A stretch of DNA of 64,000 nt from an uncultured archaeon. Lineage in GTDB: Archaea > Thermoproteota > Nitrososphaeria > Nitrososphaerales > Gagatemarchaeaceae. Positions 20,546 through 30,109 of the stretch are shown piece after piece. The stretch is taken from positions 512,001 to 576,000 of the forward strand of contig CAWFOU010000007.1 in assembly GCA_963817525.1 (NCBI GenBank), read 5' to 3'. The notes under the pieces are model-generated. The model made no database searches. It was not told the origin of the DNA and worked only from the letters and a program-made list of their open reading frames with translations. Each line of letters begins with the position of its first letter. Within the stretch, counting starts at the first letter, position 1. The position numbers and the translations under genes are program-made.

Positions 20546-21540
20546 TCAGGCCATAAACCCGAACTCGTTTGCAACTCCGTCCACCCACTTCTTGTCGACG
20601 TCTGAGACGACCACATGTCTGCCCATCCTCATCGCTTCCTTCGCCCATTTCGCCACGCCGCAGAAAAAGTCGGCTACGACGTCGCCCGCCCCTGCTGTAG
20701 GCCTTGATAATCTGGAGGAATTCGACTGGATCCTTCACGGCCTCGTGCTTCACGAACCCCGGCTTGGCAGGATTCCTGACCCTCTTCGCATCGATCACGT
20801 TCGTCGCGCCCAGGTCCCATCGGACCCCGTTCCGCTCCCCGGCGTGGAAGACCAGCCACTTCGCCCCCAGATCCCGGCCCGCGTCGTAGCCCATCCCTAA
20901 CACGTCGAGAGCGACGAGTATCTCGCCTTAGTAGACGAATCCGAGAGACTCCGCCAAGGCGATCATAGACTGGATGCTCGGCCTGGTAGTCTTGTTCTCG
21001 AGCGGGACCCTGATGATGCAGGCCGCGCCGCCCCTCGGCCAGTCGCCGCTCCTCCTCCGCTCGAGGTTGAGGGTGTTCCATTGCTTGTTCTTCTTGAGGA
21101 TTCTGAATGCTTCTCTGAAGAAGTCGGCGTCCAGCTCGGGCTGGTGGTATGTCCTTCCCCCCCAGGAGCCTGTGCGGCCTCGTGGTGCCGGTGCCTGCCC
21201 ACTCCCGGCCGAACTTGCCTGGAACGTCAGAGAGGAGAAGGTCGAGCGAGTCGTCGTCCAGCTTCTTCATGATGTCCCAAGCGTTGCCCTCGACGAGGAG
21301 TATCTGGGCCTCACCTGAACGCGCGAAGTATACCCCCTCCTCGACCCGGACTATCGTGCCCTCCTTCACGGCCTCGTGGAGTCTAGCCCTTACGGAGTGT
21401 TCCGGGACCTCAGGCTTCCAGCTGTGAACGAAATCGTAGATTGAGCGAAGCGGTTCGGGCTGCTCTGAGCAGGCGTTGATAGCGAGCTGCTTCGTTGTCA
21501 GAGCCTGCCCAAGCCTGTCAGATGCTCGTGGCGGATTCAT
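20546..21540 (-). pseudogene. Beta-class (N4-C/N6-A) DNA methyltransferase-like gene with N-terminal wHTH; three lesions
   Basis: Reconstructed order DSLDLLLSDVP...FFREAFRILK...HEAVK...DVVADFFCG; frameshift at the G7 run (21157-21163), in-frame TAA (about 20929), second frameshift near 20690. Confidence 0.75.
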
Positions 21541-21594
21541 ATTATGTCGGATCGGTATGGATCACTGACTGAGCTGATATAAGCGCCCATCTGC

Positions 21595-22368
21595 TTACAA
21601 GGACTGGGAGTCCACATAACGATACTCTCCTGACTCTAAGAACTCGATGAAACCCAAGTCGCGCAGGAATTGGAGCTGTTGCCTGATTTTTGGTCTCACG
21701 TTGTGGTTGTCAGGGTGCTTTGCTGCAAGCTCGCTCTCGAAGTCGTAGATATTCGCGAGGGTGAAGTTTGTGAAGCACCTTTCAACGCATCTCAGGACGT
21801 CTGCCAGCCATCCTCTCGTCTCTGGCCTCGACTTGAGAAGGGAATCCGTCTGCTTCCACTGCGCGAGTACCTGTGATTTCTCCCGGACCTGTCCCCCGCG
21901 GACCACCGCAATCTGTCCCTGAGCGGGAATCTCTCTTAGCGTGATCGTGTAGCCTTGCCAGCCCGCGCGCCTGGCGGTGGAGGAGAGCGGTATCCGGGGT
22001 GCGATGCAACTGGTTGTGATGCAGGCCCTGTGCACGAGGGAGAGGTCCTGCACAGCCCACTTGGCGCGGTCGTAGTGAAGCAGAATCAGCGAGGGGAACG
22101 CGTCTTTCAAGATGCTCTCTCGCGTCGTCTCGTATTCCCCGCCGAGTATCGATGTCGAGAAGATGCGGCTCGCAGACTTGAGCTGGAACTTCTCCCTGCA
22201 TTCGGCCGAGTAAAAATCGTAGATCTTGGTGTTGGGAGGGTAGGTAATCAGGTCGGTGCCGCAGGCGGCGCAGTAGAAGTTGTCGGCGGCCCAGCGCTCG
22301 GTGGATACCCGCGCCATCTGAGAAGCACTCTTGAGCCCAGCGGGGGGTGTTGGAAGTGCGAGGTCCAT
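21595..22368 (-). CDS. DpnI-family methyl-directed restriction endonuclease
   Basis: KSASQMARVSTERW..NFYC..CG, RRAGWQG, HPDNHNVRPKIRQQLQFLRDLG winged helix. Confidence 0.88.
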   Translation of the reverse strand: MDLALPTPPAGLKSASQMARVSTERWAADNFYCAACGTDLITYPPNTKIYDFYSAECREKFQLKSASRIFSTSILGGEYETTRESILKDAFPSLILLHYDRAKWAVQDLSLVHRACITTSCIAPRIPLSSTARRAGWQGYTITLREIPAQGQIAVVRGGQVREKSQVLAQWKQTDSLLKSRPETRGWLADVLRCVERCFTNFTLANIYDFESELAAKHPDNHNVRPKIRQQLQFLRDLGFIEFLESGEYRYVDSQSL

Positions 22369-22373
22369 TGCAA

Positions 22374-22910
22374 TCAGTCTAGTGAAGGGGAAGTGATAGC
22401 GCTCAACAAATCACCGATGTTGTACCTTTTTTCTTTGAGTTCTAATCCAGCAATCTTCTTCAGACTCTTGATTGTTATCTTCACAGGACCGCTGAATCGG
22501 GCCTCTCGGTGAGGAAGCACGTAAAGCGCGAAATTCCTACCGCCTTTCCTGAGCAACTCTTCGAAATCAAACCACATCAGGTAATCGGCGTTGATATCCT
22601 TCTCGCCGAAATACTCGAATCCCTTTGTAGTGCCTTTGACTTCGATTCGTACTTCGGTCTGACCGTGCGACCCTATAATGTCTGCTTCGTTGCCTCCGAA
22701 GCGGAAGTCATACCCCTTCACTTCCGTGATGAGACCGCCTCGAAGGAGATGAATCGCTAGAGACTCGGTAAGTTTCGGCGGAAGCTTTGGATACTGGATG
22801 TCAGCCGCAAGTGGGTTGCTCTTCTTCAGATTAGTAATGTAGTTGAAAACGTCATTTAGTAGCAATACAAATTGGTTAATCTCGCGGGGAGAAAGGAGCT
22901 GTCTCGCCAA
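22374..22910 (-). CDS. Putative PD-(D/E)XK nuclease
   Basis: TESL...EADII...RIEVKGT; in operon with the DpnI-like gene. Confidence 0.55.
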   Translation of the reverse strand: MARQLLSPREINQFVLLLNDVFNYITNLKKSNPLAADIQYPKLPPKLTESLAIHLLRGGLITEVKGYDFRFGGNEADIIGSHGQTEVRIEVKGTTKGFEYFGEKDINADYLMWFDFEELLRKGGRNFALYVLPHREARFSGPVKITIKSLKKIAGLELKEKRYNIGDLLSAITSPSLD

Positions 22911-22913
22911 GGG

Positions 22914-23186
22914 TTAGACCTTGGCCCCCGAAATTTCTTTGACTTTGGAAGAGACCAGTCGACCTTGCTTCGAGGCAACGAATAATTTTCCTGATCTTTG
23001 CTTTGGAGTTAGGGACTCGACGAGTTTCCTGGCGAGAAGTTCGCGTAATGCTCTACTGATATTTGGTATGCTGGTATGGAGGTCCGTCGCGAGAAGGGTA
23101 GGAGTACTAGGGGCGTCTAACTTGGCGAGGACCGCTTTCCTAGTCTTGCTGCGCAGGACGTAGCTTACGTCCTCCCACGACATCAC
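22914..23186 (-). CDS. Winged-HTH transcriptional regulator heading the nuclease operon
   Basis: YVLRSKTRKAVL...TPTLLA...NISRALREL. Confidence 0.8.
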   Translation of the reverse strand: MMSWEDVSYVLRSKTRKAVLAKLDAPSTPTLLATDLHTSIPNISRALRELLARKLVESLTPKQRSGKLFVASKQGRLVSSKVKEISGAKV

Positions 23187-23197
23187 GCGAGCGACAG

Positions 23198-23249
23198 TTA
23201 ACAGATCATATTGATCTAGTTATCAGATGATTAACAAAGAATTAACAGA
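23198..23249. promoter_or_regulatory. Phased TTAACAGA-type repeats plus a double-GATC palindrome in a divergent promoter
   Basis: Repeats at 23198, 23220, 23231, 23242; AGATCA-TAT-TGATCT at 23203-23217. Confidence 0.55.
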
Positions 23250-23285
23250 ATATCCTCTAAATCTTGGAATTTTTTCCCATTTCGG

Positions 23286-23981
23286 TTGATGGTCAAGGCA
23301 GGAGATGTAATCTCGTATCTTCAAATGTGCGCTGAAGAGAATACGAGCTTTCGGAGAGGTATGAATTTTGGTCGGAAAGGAAGGCCAAGTGTGATTCTAA
23401 TGAGTACTAGACCAGGTGCTCCATACAAGGACCGAGTGGAGGAGAACGGAAGAGTTCTGATCTACGAGGGACATGACAATCCCGTGCCCGGCAACGGAAG
23501 AAAGCCAAAGGAGGTGGACCAAGAGTCGAGAACGCCTGAAGGAGGTCTTACCCAAAACGGTCTATTCTATGAAGCTGCTCAGAGTTACAAAGATGGAAGT
23601 TCAGCTTCTGAGATAGTCAAAGTGTACGAGAAAATTCGAACCGGAATATGGGTATACAACGGTCTATTCAGGTTGCTTGACGCTTCCACAGTGGTCATTG
23701 AAGGAAGACAGGTGTTCAAGTTTCGTTTGGAATTGGTAGGGAATGTAGAAACAATTGATTCAGGAAGAAAGGAACTGGAAGATACCAGAATTATTCCGTC
23801 TCCCGTAAAGTTGGAAGTTTGGAAGAGGGACGGCGGAAAGTGCGTCAAGTGTGGCTCCAAGAATAACCTTCATTTTGATCACATAATTCCATATTCATTA
23901 GGCGGCACTTCGCTTTATGCCAAGAACATTCAGCTGCTTTGTATCAGACACAACTTGGAGAAGCACGACAAGATAGAATAG
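23286..23981 (+). CDS. SRA-like/HNH putative modification-dependent endonuclease
   Basis: SVILMS..GAPYKD...LIYEGHD N-domain; CVKC..LHFDHIIP..GG...NIQLLC..HN. Confidence 0.8.
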   Translation: MMVKAGDVISYLQMCAEENTSFRRGMNFGRKGRPSVILMSTRPGAPYKDRVEENGRVLIYEGHDNPVPGNGRKPKEVDQESRTPEGGLTQNGLFYEAAQSYKDGSSASEIVKVYEKIRTGIWVYNGLFRLLDASTVVIEGRQVFKFRLELVGNVETIDSGRKELEDTRIIPSPVKLEVWKRDGGKCVKCGSKNNLHFDHIIPYSLGGTSLYAKNIQLLCIRHNLEKHDKIE

Positions 23982-23999
23982 GGAAGATCTGAATTTGCC

Positions 24000-24055
24000 G
24001 GGTTTCATCTTGCTTCCGCCGGGGCATTCCATTAACACGTTGAGCGATAGGTAGT
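24000..24055 (-). repeat. rRNA-trailer/23S 3'-end copy R16
   Basis: 24015-24055 differs from native 62165-62205 at 3 of 41 positions. Confidence 0.9.
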
Positions 24056-24060
24056 AGAGT

Positions 24061-24174
24061 AAGACGGTGATAGTCCAAAAGGAAGTCGTTAAGGTTGCCT
24101 GCAAGTATTGTGGAGTTCTCAACGAAATTGCCACAGCGAGGACCTGTATGAGCTACGGTGCGGCGCTGAAGTAG
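24061..24174 (+). pseudogene. Headless C-terminal zinc-ribbon gene fragment
   Basis: KTVIVQKEVVKVACKYCGVLNE...TCMSYGAALK*; begins right after R16. Confidence 0.5.
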
Positions 24175-24254
24175 ATGGGAGTCGACTCAGAAATCCTGCC
24201 GGAGAGAACTACAGATTCACAACCATGATAAGCCAGTAAAGGCGATAAATCGTA

Positions 24255-24647
24255 ATGGTAGTTCGCCAAGGCGTTAGAAAGCTGCTGGTTGAAGTAGCAC
24301 GCAGAAGGGAAACAATTACCTATGGTCAAGTGGGAGCGCTGACAGGACTTCCACATCAGGGCAATGTCTTAGGCAACATTCTAGGTGAGATAAGTGAAGA
24401 CGAGGTCGCCCATGACAGGCCACCGTTGTCTTCGATCGTGGTCGTCGGAGGCACGATTGGATACGCAAGCTCCCCAATGGGACTACCCGCAGAGCGCTTC
24501 CTCCGTTGCAAATTCGTTCCGACTGACTTGAATGACAAAGAGCAAATGTTGAGTTATATGCGAGAGATGCAGGAGAAGACTTGGGCCTATTGGGCCGGTT
24601 TGCCGCAGGACGAACAAACACGCCGCGTTCTAATCAAGCTCGGTTGA
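24255..24647 (+). CDS. Hypothetical winged-helix protein
   Basis: ARRRETITYGQV...LGEISEDE...PPLSSIVV. Confidence 0.65.
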   Translation: MVVRQGVRKLLVEVARRRETITYGQVGALTGLPHQGNVLGNILGEISEDEVAHDRPPLSSIVVVGGTIGYASSPMGLPAERFLRCKFVPTDLNDKEQMLSYMREMQEKTWAYWAGLPQDEQTRRVLIKLG

Positions 24648-24663
24648 CCAGGAGTTAGCGGCA

Positions 24664-24740
24664 GGGCTGAACCGGTCGCCCTAAGGCTTCCAGCGTACAC
24701 CCAACTCCTTCAACGCGATCTTCTATCGCCGCCCTCCTCG
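24664..24740 (-). repeat. Ectopic fragment (about 77 bp) of the 23S rRNA 3' end
   Basis: Aligns to native 62210-62287, including CCTTCAACGCGATCTTCTATCGCCGC exactly. Confidence 0.92.
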
Positions 24741-24817
24741 GCCCCCATCTCCCGGTAATGGGAAGGATGGAAAAGGCGCTCGAAGTCAAGATGCGGCTCC
24801 TTGTGAGGCTAAAGAGC

Positions 24818-26110
24818 TCATCCGTGGGACGCCCCTGGCCTGACGTACCGCAGGGACCTCATGTCCTTCGAGAGTATGAAGAGGAGTCCCGAGACCAGCA
24901 GGCCAGCGGCCGCCACCGAGTACTCGAACCGCACGCCCGAGGCCTGGATGAGGAACGCGCCCACCACCTGCCCGACTGGTATCACGCCCAGGCTCCCGAG
25001 TTGGTCGACCCCGAAGTACCGCCCCTGCATCTCTCCCGGCACGGCGAGCTGGACGAAGCTCAGCCAGGTCGCGTTGCCGTAGCCCAGGATGAACCCCGTC
25101 AGCAGCATGGAGGCCGCGGCCACGGCTAGGTCAGGGGAGAGGGCGAGAAGGAGGACCGACGGCGCGAGCCCCAGCATGCAGAGGCACCACACCCACCCGG
25201 CGCGGGCGACCGCGCGCGTCCGGCCGACTATGATGGCCCCGGGCGCGAAGCCGAGGGTGAAGAGGGCGAGGAGGAGGCCGTAGACCTCGGCGCCCCCTTG
25301 GAAGACGTCCGCGGCGTAGACCACGACGAAGGTCGAGACCATAGTGATGAAGAGGTTCGAGAGCCCGCCCGAGAGCGTGAGGTAGAGCAGCCCCCTCCAC
25401 CTCAGGAGGTAACTGACCCCCTCCCTGGTGTCGGCGAGGAAGCTTCTGCCGACCGCGGCGCTGGCCTGGGGTTTTGAGCTCCCGCGGACGGCGATCGAGG
25501 TGATCAGTAGGGCCGAGACCGCGAAGGTAGCTGTGTTTAGGCCCAGGGCTACGACCACCCCCGCAATGGCCACAAGGGCTCCCCCGACCCCATTCGCCAC
25601 GGCCTGGAAGACGGAGTTCGCGGTAAGGATGAGCCCGTTCGCATCCGCGACCTCCTCTGGCCTGATGAGGGTCGGCAGGAGAGACCTCTGGGCGGGATAG
25701 AACAAAGCGGTGAAGGTCCCGAGGACGAAGGAGACCGCGAGGACGAGAGGGAGGCTGAACCCCGCAAGGTAGAGCTCGAGCGCCAGGACCGCTATGCTGG
25801 CCGCCCGGAAGGCGTCGGAGTATATCATCATCCGGCGTCTGTGGCGCTGGTCGCCCCTGTCGACGAGCGTCCCCGCGAAGAGGCTGAAGGCTATGACCGC
25901 CACCATGTTCGACAGCGCCACGTAGGCGACGTCCGCCGCGGAGCCGGTCCTACTGAAGACCAGCCAGGTCAGGGCGACGGTCCCCAGGGACTGCCCGCCG
26001 ATGGAAGTGGCGTCCGCGGAGAAGAGCCTGACGAAGCTCCGATTCCGGAAGAGCCCCTGTTGGCTCGCGTCAGCGCGGGGAGTGTCCTTTTCCTCCGTCG
26101 GCTCAGCCAT
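24818..26110 (-). CDS. MFS transporter (DHA3/macrolide-efflux-like)
   Basis: About 12 TM segments; LFRNRSF..LF, AGTLVDR, PGEMQGR. Confidence 0.88.
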   Translation of the reverse strand: MAEPTEEKDTPRADASQQGLFRNRSFVRLFSADATSIGGQSLGTVALTWLVFSRTGSAADVAYVALSNMVAVIAFSLFAGTLVDRGDQRHRRRMMIYSDAFRAASIAVLALELYLAGFSLPLVLAVSFVLGTFTALFYPAQRSLLPTLIRPEEVADANGLILTANSVFQAVANGVGGALVAIAGVVVALGLNTATFAVSALLITSIAVRGSSKPQASAAVGRSFLADTREGVSYLLRWRGLLYLTLSGGLSNLFITMVSTFVVVYAADVFQGGAEVYGLLLALFTLGFAPGAIIVGRTRAVARAGWVWCLCMLGLAPSVLLLALSPDLAVAAASMLLTGFILGYGNATWLSFVQLAVPGEMQGRYFGVDQLGSLGVIPVGQVVGAFLIQASGVRFEYSVAAAGLLVSGLLFILSKDMRSLRYVRPGASHG

Positions 26111-26172
26111 GGTTCCCTGACCTTGCGCGCTAGCTCGCATATTAAGCCGGTCTGTAGGAAATACCTCTCGCA

Positions 26173-26877
26173 ATGACGGACTCTTCGAACCTGCCAGTCG
26201 GTCCAACCACGGACCCGAGCCCCGCGAAGCGCCCTGAGAAGGTCGTCCTCCATGGCCGGCTAATCGACTTGGAGCCGATAGACCCGCAGCCCCACGGAGA
26301 TTCCCTCTTCCAACTCACGTGTGGTAAGGACAAGGAGTACCTGTGGACGTATCTTTTGAAAGGCCCGTTCACCGACCGCAAGGAGTTTGATGCATATCTG
26401 CGGCAGCTGGCCAGGTCCGAGGATCCCATCTGCTTCGCAATCGTGGAAAAGCGTTCGGGAAAGGCGGTCGGCTGGGCGAGCTACATGCGGATCGAGCCGG
26501 CGCACAGGGTTATCGAGGTAGGCAACGTCATGTTCTCCCTCGCGGTGAGGCGCACGAGCGGGGCGACGGAGGCCATCTACCTCATGGCGCGCAACGCCTT
26601 CGAGGTGCTGGGGTACAGGAGGTTCGAGTGGAAATGTAACGCGCTCAACGCCGCCTCAAGGAGGGCCGCCCTGCGGTTCGGCTTTTCCTTCGAGGGGATT
26701 TTCCGGCAGCACATGATCGTCAAAGGTCGCAGCAGGGACACCGCATGGTTTGCGATGATTGACGCTGAGTGGCCGAAGCGCAAGGAGGCGTTCGAGACTT
26801 GGCTTCAGCCGTCTAACTTTGACGAAGAGGGTCGCCAAACGACATCTCTGTCGGCTCTGAACGGAGTCGGCCGATAG
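26173..26877 (+). CDS. GNAT acetyltransferase (RimJ/RimL, YdaF-like)
   Basis: IEVG, LGYRRFEWKCNALNAASRRAALRFGF, KGRSRDTAWF. Confidence 0.9.
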   Translation: MTDSSNLPVGPTTDPSPAKRPEKVVLHGRLIDLEPIDPQPHGDSLFQLTCGKDKEYLWTYLLKGPFTDRKEFDAYLRQLARSEDPICFAIVEKRSGKAVGWASYMRIEPAHRVIEVGNVMFSLAVRRTSGATEAIYLMARNAFEVLGYRRFEWKCNALNAASRRAALRFGFSFEGIFRQHMIVKGRSRDTAWFAMIDAEWPKRKEAFETWLQPSNFDEEGRQTTSLSALNGVGR

Positions 26878-27082
26878 CAGCGAAGAACAAAAATAGCTTG
26901 TTTCGACACATCGCCAGCGAGCGGCGACAAGAAAAATTGTGCAAGAGCTGCGCCACTGCCTTTGGTCCGTGCAAATGCAATTGCCAGATGAACAACACCT
27001 ACAAAGACAAAGGAGGCGCTACCAAATGTCTCCACTGCAGGCACAAACTCAAGATATGACCAGTCTTTGCGCGAACTGATTT

Positions 27083-27132
27083 GCTGCGCTTAATGGTCCA
27101 TCGCACCTCCTCCGGGGCAATTCTCACTCACA
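27083..27132 (-). repeat. rRNA-trailer copy R15 (degenerate)
   Basis: GGTCCATCGCACCTCCTCCGGGGCAATT vs native GGTTCATTGCGCCTCCGCCGGGGCATTT. Confidence 0.7.
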
Positions 27133-27203
27133 ACTTTCTTCACAACAAAAGCAATGAATCTTGACGGCGTACCTTACGACGCCCGCTCCCCGTCTGAAAG
27201 AAC

Positions 27204-28418
27204 TTGGACACCAGGCGGTGGATGCTCAGCCTCGTCCCGCAGGGGGTCGCGGTCGGCCTTTCGAACCTGCTGATCGTCCTCTTCCTGGCGACGAGCCTCA
27301 AGGGCAACGTGCTCGAGGTCGGCCTCCTCGCCGGCGTGACGTCCCTGGTCCTCATGCCCTCGATGATGTTCTGGGGATGGGCGACCGACAGGGTCGGAAG
27401 GTTCAGGCCCTTCCTCATCCTCTCTTTCGTCGCCACCGGCATCGTCCTCCTCCTCATCCCGACGGTGCACAGCATCGCCGAGCTCTTCATCCTCGCCATC
27501 GTGAAATCCGCGGCGTATGCGGGGAGCCTGCCGTCGCGTCAGATACTGATGGCCGAGTCGGAGAGCCACACGACCTGGCGGAGCGGGTATGCCCGCCTCC
27601 AATTCGTGGAGAGCACGGGCGAGACCATCGGGCTTGGCATAGGGTTCGTGTCGAGCGCGGCCCTGGGGTTTGAGACGCAGTTCGTCCTGTGCGCAGCGCT
27701 CTTCTTCGCCTCCGCGTTGGCCACGGCTGTCTGGGTCCGCGACCCGGGCCTTATCATCGAGAGAAGGCTGGTAGGCATCGAACGCTTCGCCAGCACGCTC
27801 GTCAGCGCCTCGGTTCTGGTGGCGAACGCCGACACCTACGCCAGGTACACCACTCCCGGCAGCATCAGGAGGATCTTCAGACCGACTCTGGGGTTCTTCA
27901 TGGTCGGGGTGTTCTGCTTCTCGCTGGGCGCTACCGCCCTGTCCTCGCCCCTCCCCGTCTACTTCCTCAGATACTACTCCGCCTCGAGCGTCTTTCTTCT
28001 CTTCTTCGCCAACGATCTTGGGAACGCCTTGGGGTACCTCATGGTAGGAGGGATCGCCGAGAGGGCGAGGCGGAGCCTGCTTCTGGCCGCGGGGCTGAGG
28101 ATGCTCATGGTACCCGCCCTCCTCTTGGCGGGCGGTCAGGTCGGATTCACGGCAGACTTCGGCGTGCTCGCCATAATGGGAGGCGTCTGGGCGCTCTACG
28201 ACGTCGCAAGCACGTGCATGTTCTTGGAGCTAGCCAGGTCAGGGCGGGTCGGGCTCTACGGCGCTATTGCAGGCCTCGGGACGGCGACCGGGAGTCTCTT
28301 GGGAGGAGCCATCTCGATGAGTTACGGATTCGGGGTCACATTTGCGGTCTGCAGCCTGGTGTACGCGGTCGCTATGGCCATGTTTCTCTTGCAGTTCAAA
28401 GGGACAAGACGCGTCTGA
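27204..28418 (+). CDS. MFS transporter
   Basis: WGWATDRVGR motif A; about 12 TM segments. Confidence 0.85.
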   Translation: MDTRRWMLSLVPQGVAVGLSNLLIVLFLATSLKGNVLEVGLLAGVTSLVLMPSMMFWGWATDRVGRFRPFLILSFVATGIVLLLIPTVHSIAELFILAIVKSAAYAGSLPSRQILMAESESHTTWRSGYARLQFVESTGETIGLGIGFVSSAALGFETQFVLCAALFFASALATAVWVRDPGLIIERRLVGIERFASTLVSASVLVANADTYARYTTPGSIRRIFRPTLGFFMVGVFCFSLGATALSSPLPVYFLRYYSASSVFLLFFANDLGNALGYLMVGGIAERARRSLLLAAGLRMLMVPALLLAGGQVGFTADFGVLAIMGGVWALYDVASTCMFLELARSGRVGLYGAIAGLGTATGSLLGGAISMSYGFGVTFAVCSLVYAVAMAMFLLQFKGTRRV

Positions 28419-28460
28419 CATCTGGGTCATGCGCTCAAGAGAAAGGCCCACCCGTGGTTC

Positions 28461-28546
28461 AAATGAAAGGCTCGTCGCCATGCGTAAGGGTTCGTTGCGC
28501 CCGCGTGGCATTTCATCCGCACGTCTAGCCATGGGTGGCGGACGGG
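28461..28546 (-). repeat. rRNA-trailer/23S-end copy R14 (long, degenerate)
   Basis: Collinear with native 62128-62212: AAATG..GGC..TCGCC..GGGTTCGTTGCGCC..GGCATTTCAT..CACGT..GGACGGG. Confidence 0.85.
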
Positions 28547-29309
28547 ACTTGCATCAATCGCTCGAGGGGTCGGTGCTCCGGGTCTCCTCGCTCGAGCACT
28601 GATTTCTTCCAGTGGAGCACAGCAGCCTCCCCCAGGACGGGTCGTCGGCCGTCCCACAACAGCCTGCCGCCTACCAATGCGGCGTCCTGGTCTGCGAGCA
28701 CGGCGGCTTTCGGGACCCTCTCGAGTTGATCGGCATTGCCTCCGCCAAGGACTACGTAGTCGACCCCGGAGAATGCCTTGAGCCTCTTCATCGCTTCGTG
28801 TACGTGCCGCTCCCAAGCCGCTCGCCCCAGCTGCCGCAGGCTTTTCTTAGCAAGGTAGTCGCCATATCCGCTCCCCCCGAGGTATTCGAGTTGATCCAGA
28901 GTGAGCAACGCCATGATGCCATCGATGATCAGCACTGCGCCGACGCCGGTGCCTAGGCCGATGTAGAGCATCCTGCCGCCTTTGTAGCTCCCGAGCGCCG
29001 GAAGGGCTGCGTCGTTCACTATGTTGACCGGCAGGGCGAAAGCCCGTGGAAAGTCAAAGCGAATCCAGCCCCGGGCAAGGTTGGGAGGCTCCCCTATCAC
29101 ACGGCCGAAGACTACAGGCCCCGGGTAGCCGAGGGAGATCACGTCGTATTCCCAGTCGGCCGTGGCCCTTTTCACCTGGGATACCGTCGCGCTCGCGGTG
29201 AGGCCTGGACCGCTGGGGAATCTCCTCCACTCCCGCTCGCACTGACCAGCATCTTCACGTTGGTGCCCCCCACGTCGACGACGAGAACCCTGACTTGCGA
29301 GCGCGCCAT
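28525..29309 (-). pseudogene. ROK-family (polyphosphate glucokinase-like) kinase, frameshifted
   Basis: VDVGGTNVK in one frame; RFPSG...GYPGPV...VNDAA...GLGTG in another; shift near 29240 (could be a sequencing error). Confidence 0.75.
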
Positions 29310-29423
29310 GGGGTCGGTAAAGGACCGTCCTGGATGCATTGGAGCCCTCAAGCCCTTCCGCTGGTACTTGTGATGAAGGCAGATATTGATGAGCGTACTT
29401 AGTTCTGGCCTGCCGAACCCGCC

Positions 29424-30089
29424 ATGAACGACCCGAAGACCAAGATCTCTGCCCTCGCCGTTGATTTCGACGGTACCATCCGCTCCCCAGGAGGCTCGGT
29501 CTCTAACGACCTGCTCGCCCAGCTGGCCTCCCTGCGCAGGAGTGGCATCAAGGTCATCCTGGCGACTGGGCGCGCCCTTTTCGACCTGAAGGCGCTGGTC
29601 GATGTGGGCGTCTTCGACTCGGTCGTCGTCGAAAATGGGGCCATCGTGATTGTAGGTGACGAGCGAAGGAGCCTGGCGCCGACGGAGTGGAATGCCCAGA
29701 GGGAGAGCTTGCTTGGGCTCTTCGGCTCCACCGGGCATGAGGAGGTCATCGTTTCCTTGAGGAGGGAGGCAGAAGCGCAGGTGAGGGAGCTCCTGAAAGG
29801 CACCGTCAGGATAGAGCTCAACAAGGAAGCCATGATGCTTGTGCCGTGGAACGTCTCAAAGGCCTCGGGCCTTTTGTCCGCGCTCGACTGGCTGAAGGTG
29901 GATGCCAAGAGCGTGATGGTCGTGGGCGACGCGGAGAATGACGTCTCGATGCTGCGGCTGGGAGCCGTAAAGGTGGCGGTCAAGAACGCGGTGCCTGCCC
30001 TCAAGAGCGAGGCTGACTATGTGACCACTGAGGAGGACGGCAAGGGGGTCTCCGAGGCGATTGCGAAGTTCCTCGGTCCCATGACCTAG
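29424..30089 (+). CDS. HAD-superfamily hydrolase (Cof/phosphoglycolate phosphatase-like)
   Basis: DFDGT, ATGR, ENG, SKASG, GDAEND. Confidence 0.9.
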   Translation: MNDPKTKISALAVDFDGTIRSPGGSVSNDLLAQLASLRRSGIKVILATGRALFDLKALVDVGVFDSVVVENGAIVIVGDERRSLAPTEWNAQRESLLGLFGSTGHEEVIVSLRREAEAQVRELLKGTVRIELNKEAMMLVPWNVSKASGLLSALDWLKVDAKSVMVVGDAENDVSMLRLGAVKVAVKNAVPALKSEADYVTTEEDGKGVSEAIAKFLGPMT

Positions 30090-30109
30090 GCGCAACTCCC
30101 GAGTGGAAC

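Noticed and set aside
21157-21163. G7 tract as a phase-variation switch for the methyltransferase
   Set aside because: Two further lesions mean slippage alone cannot restore the gene
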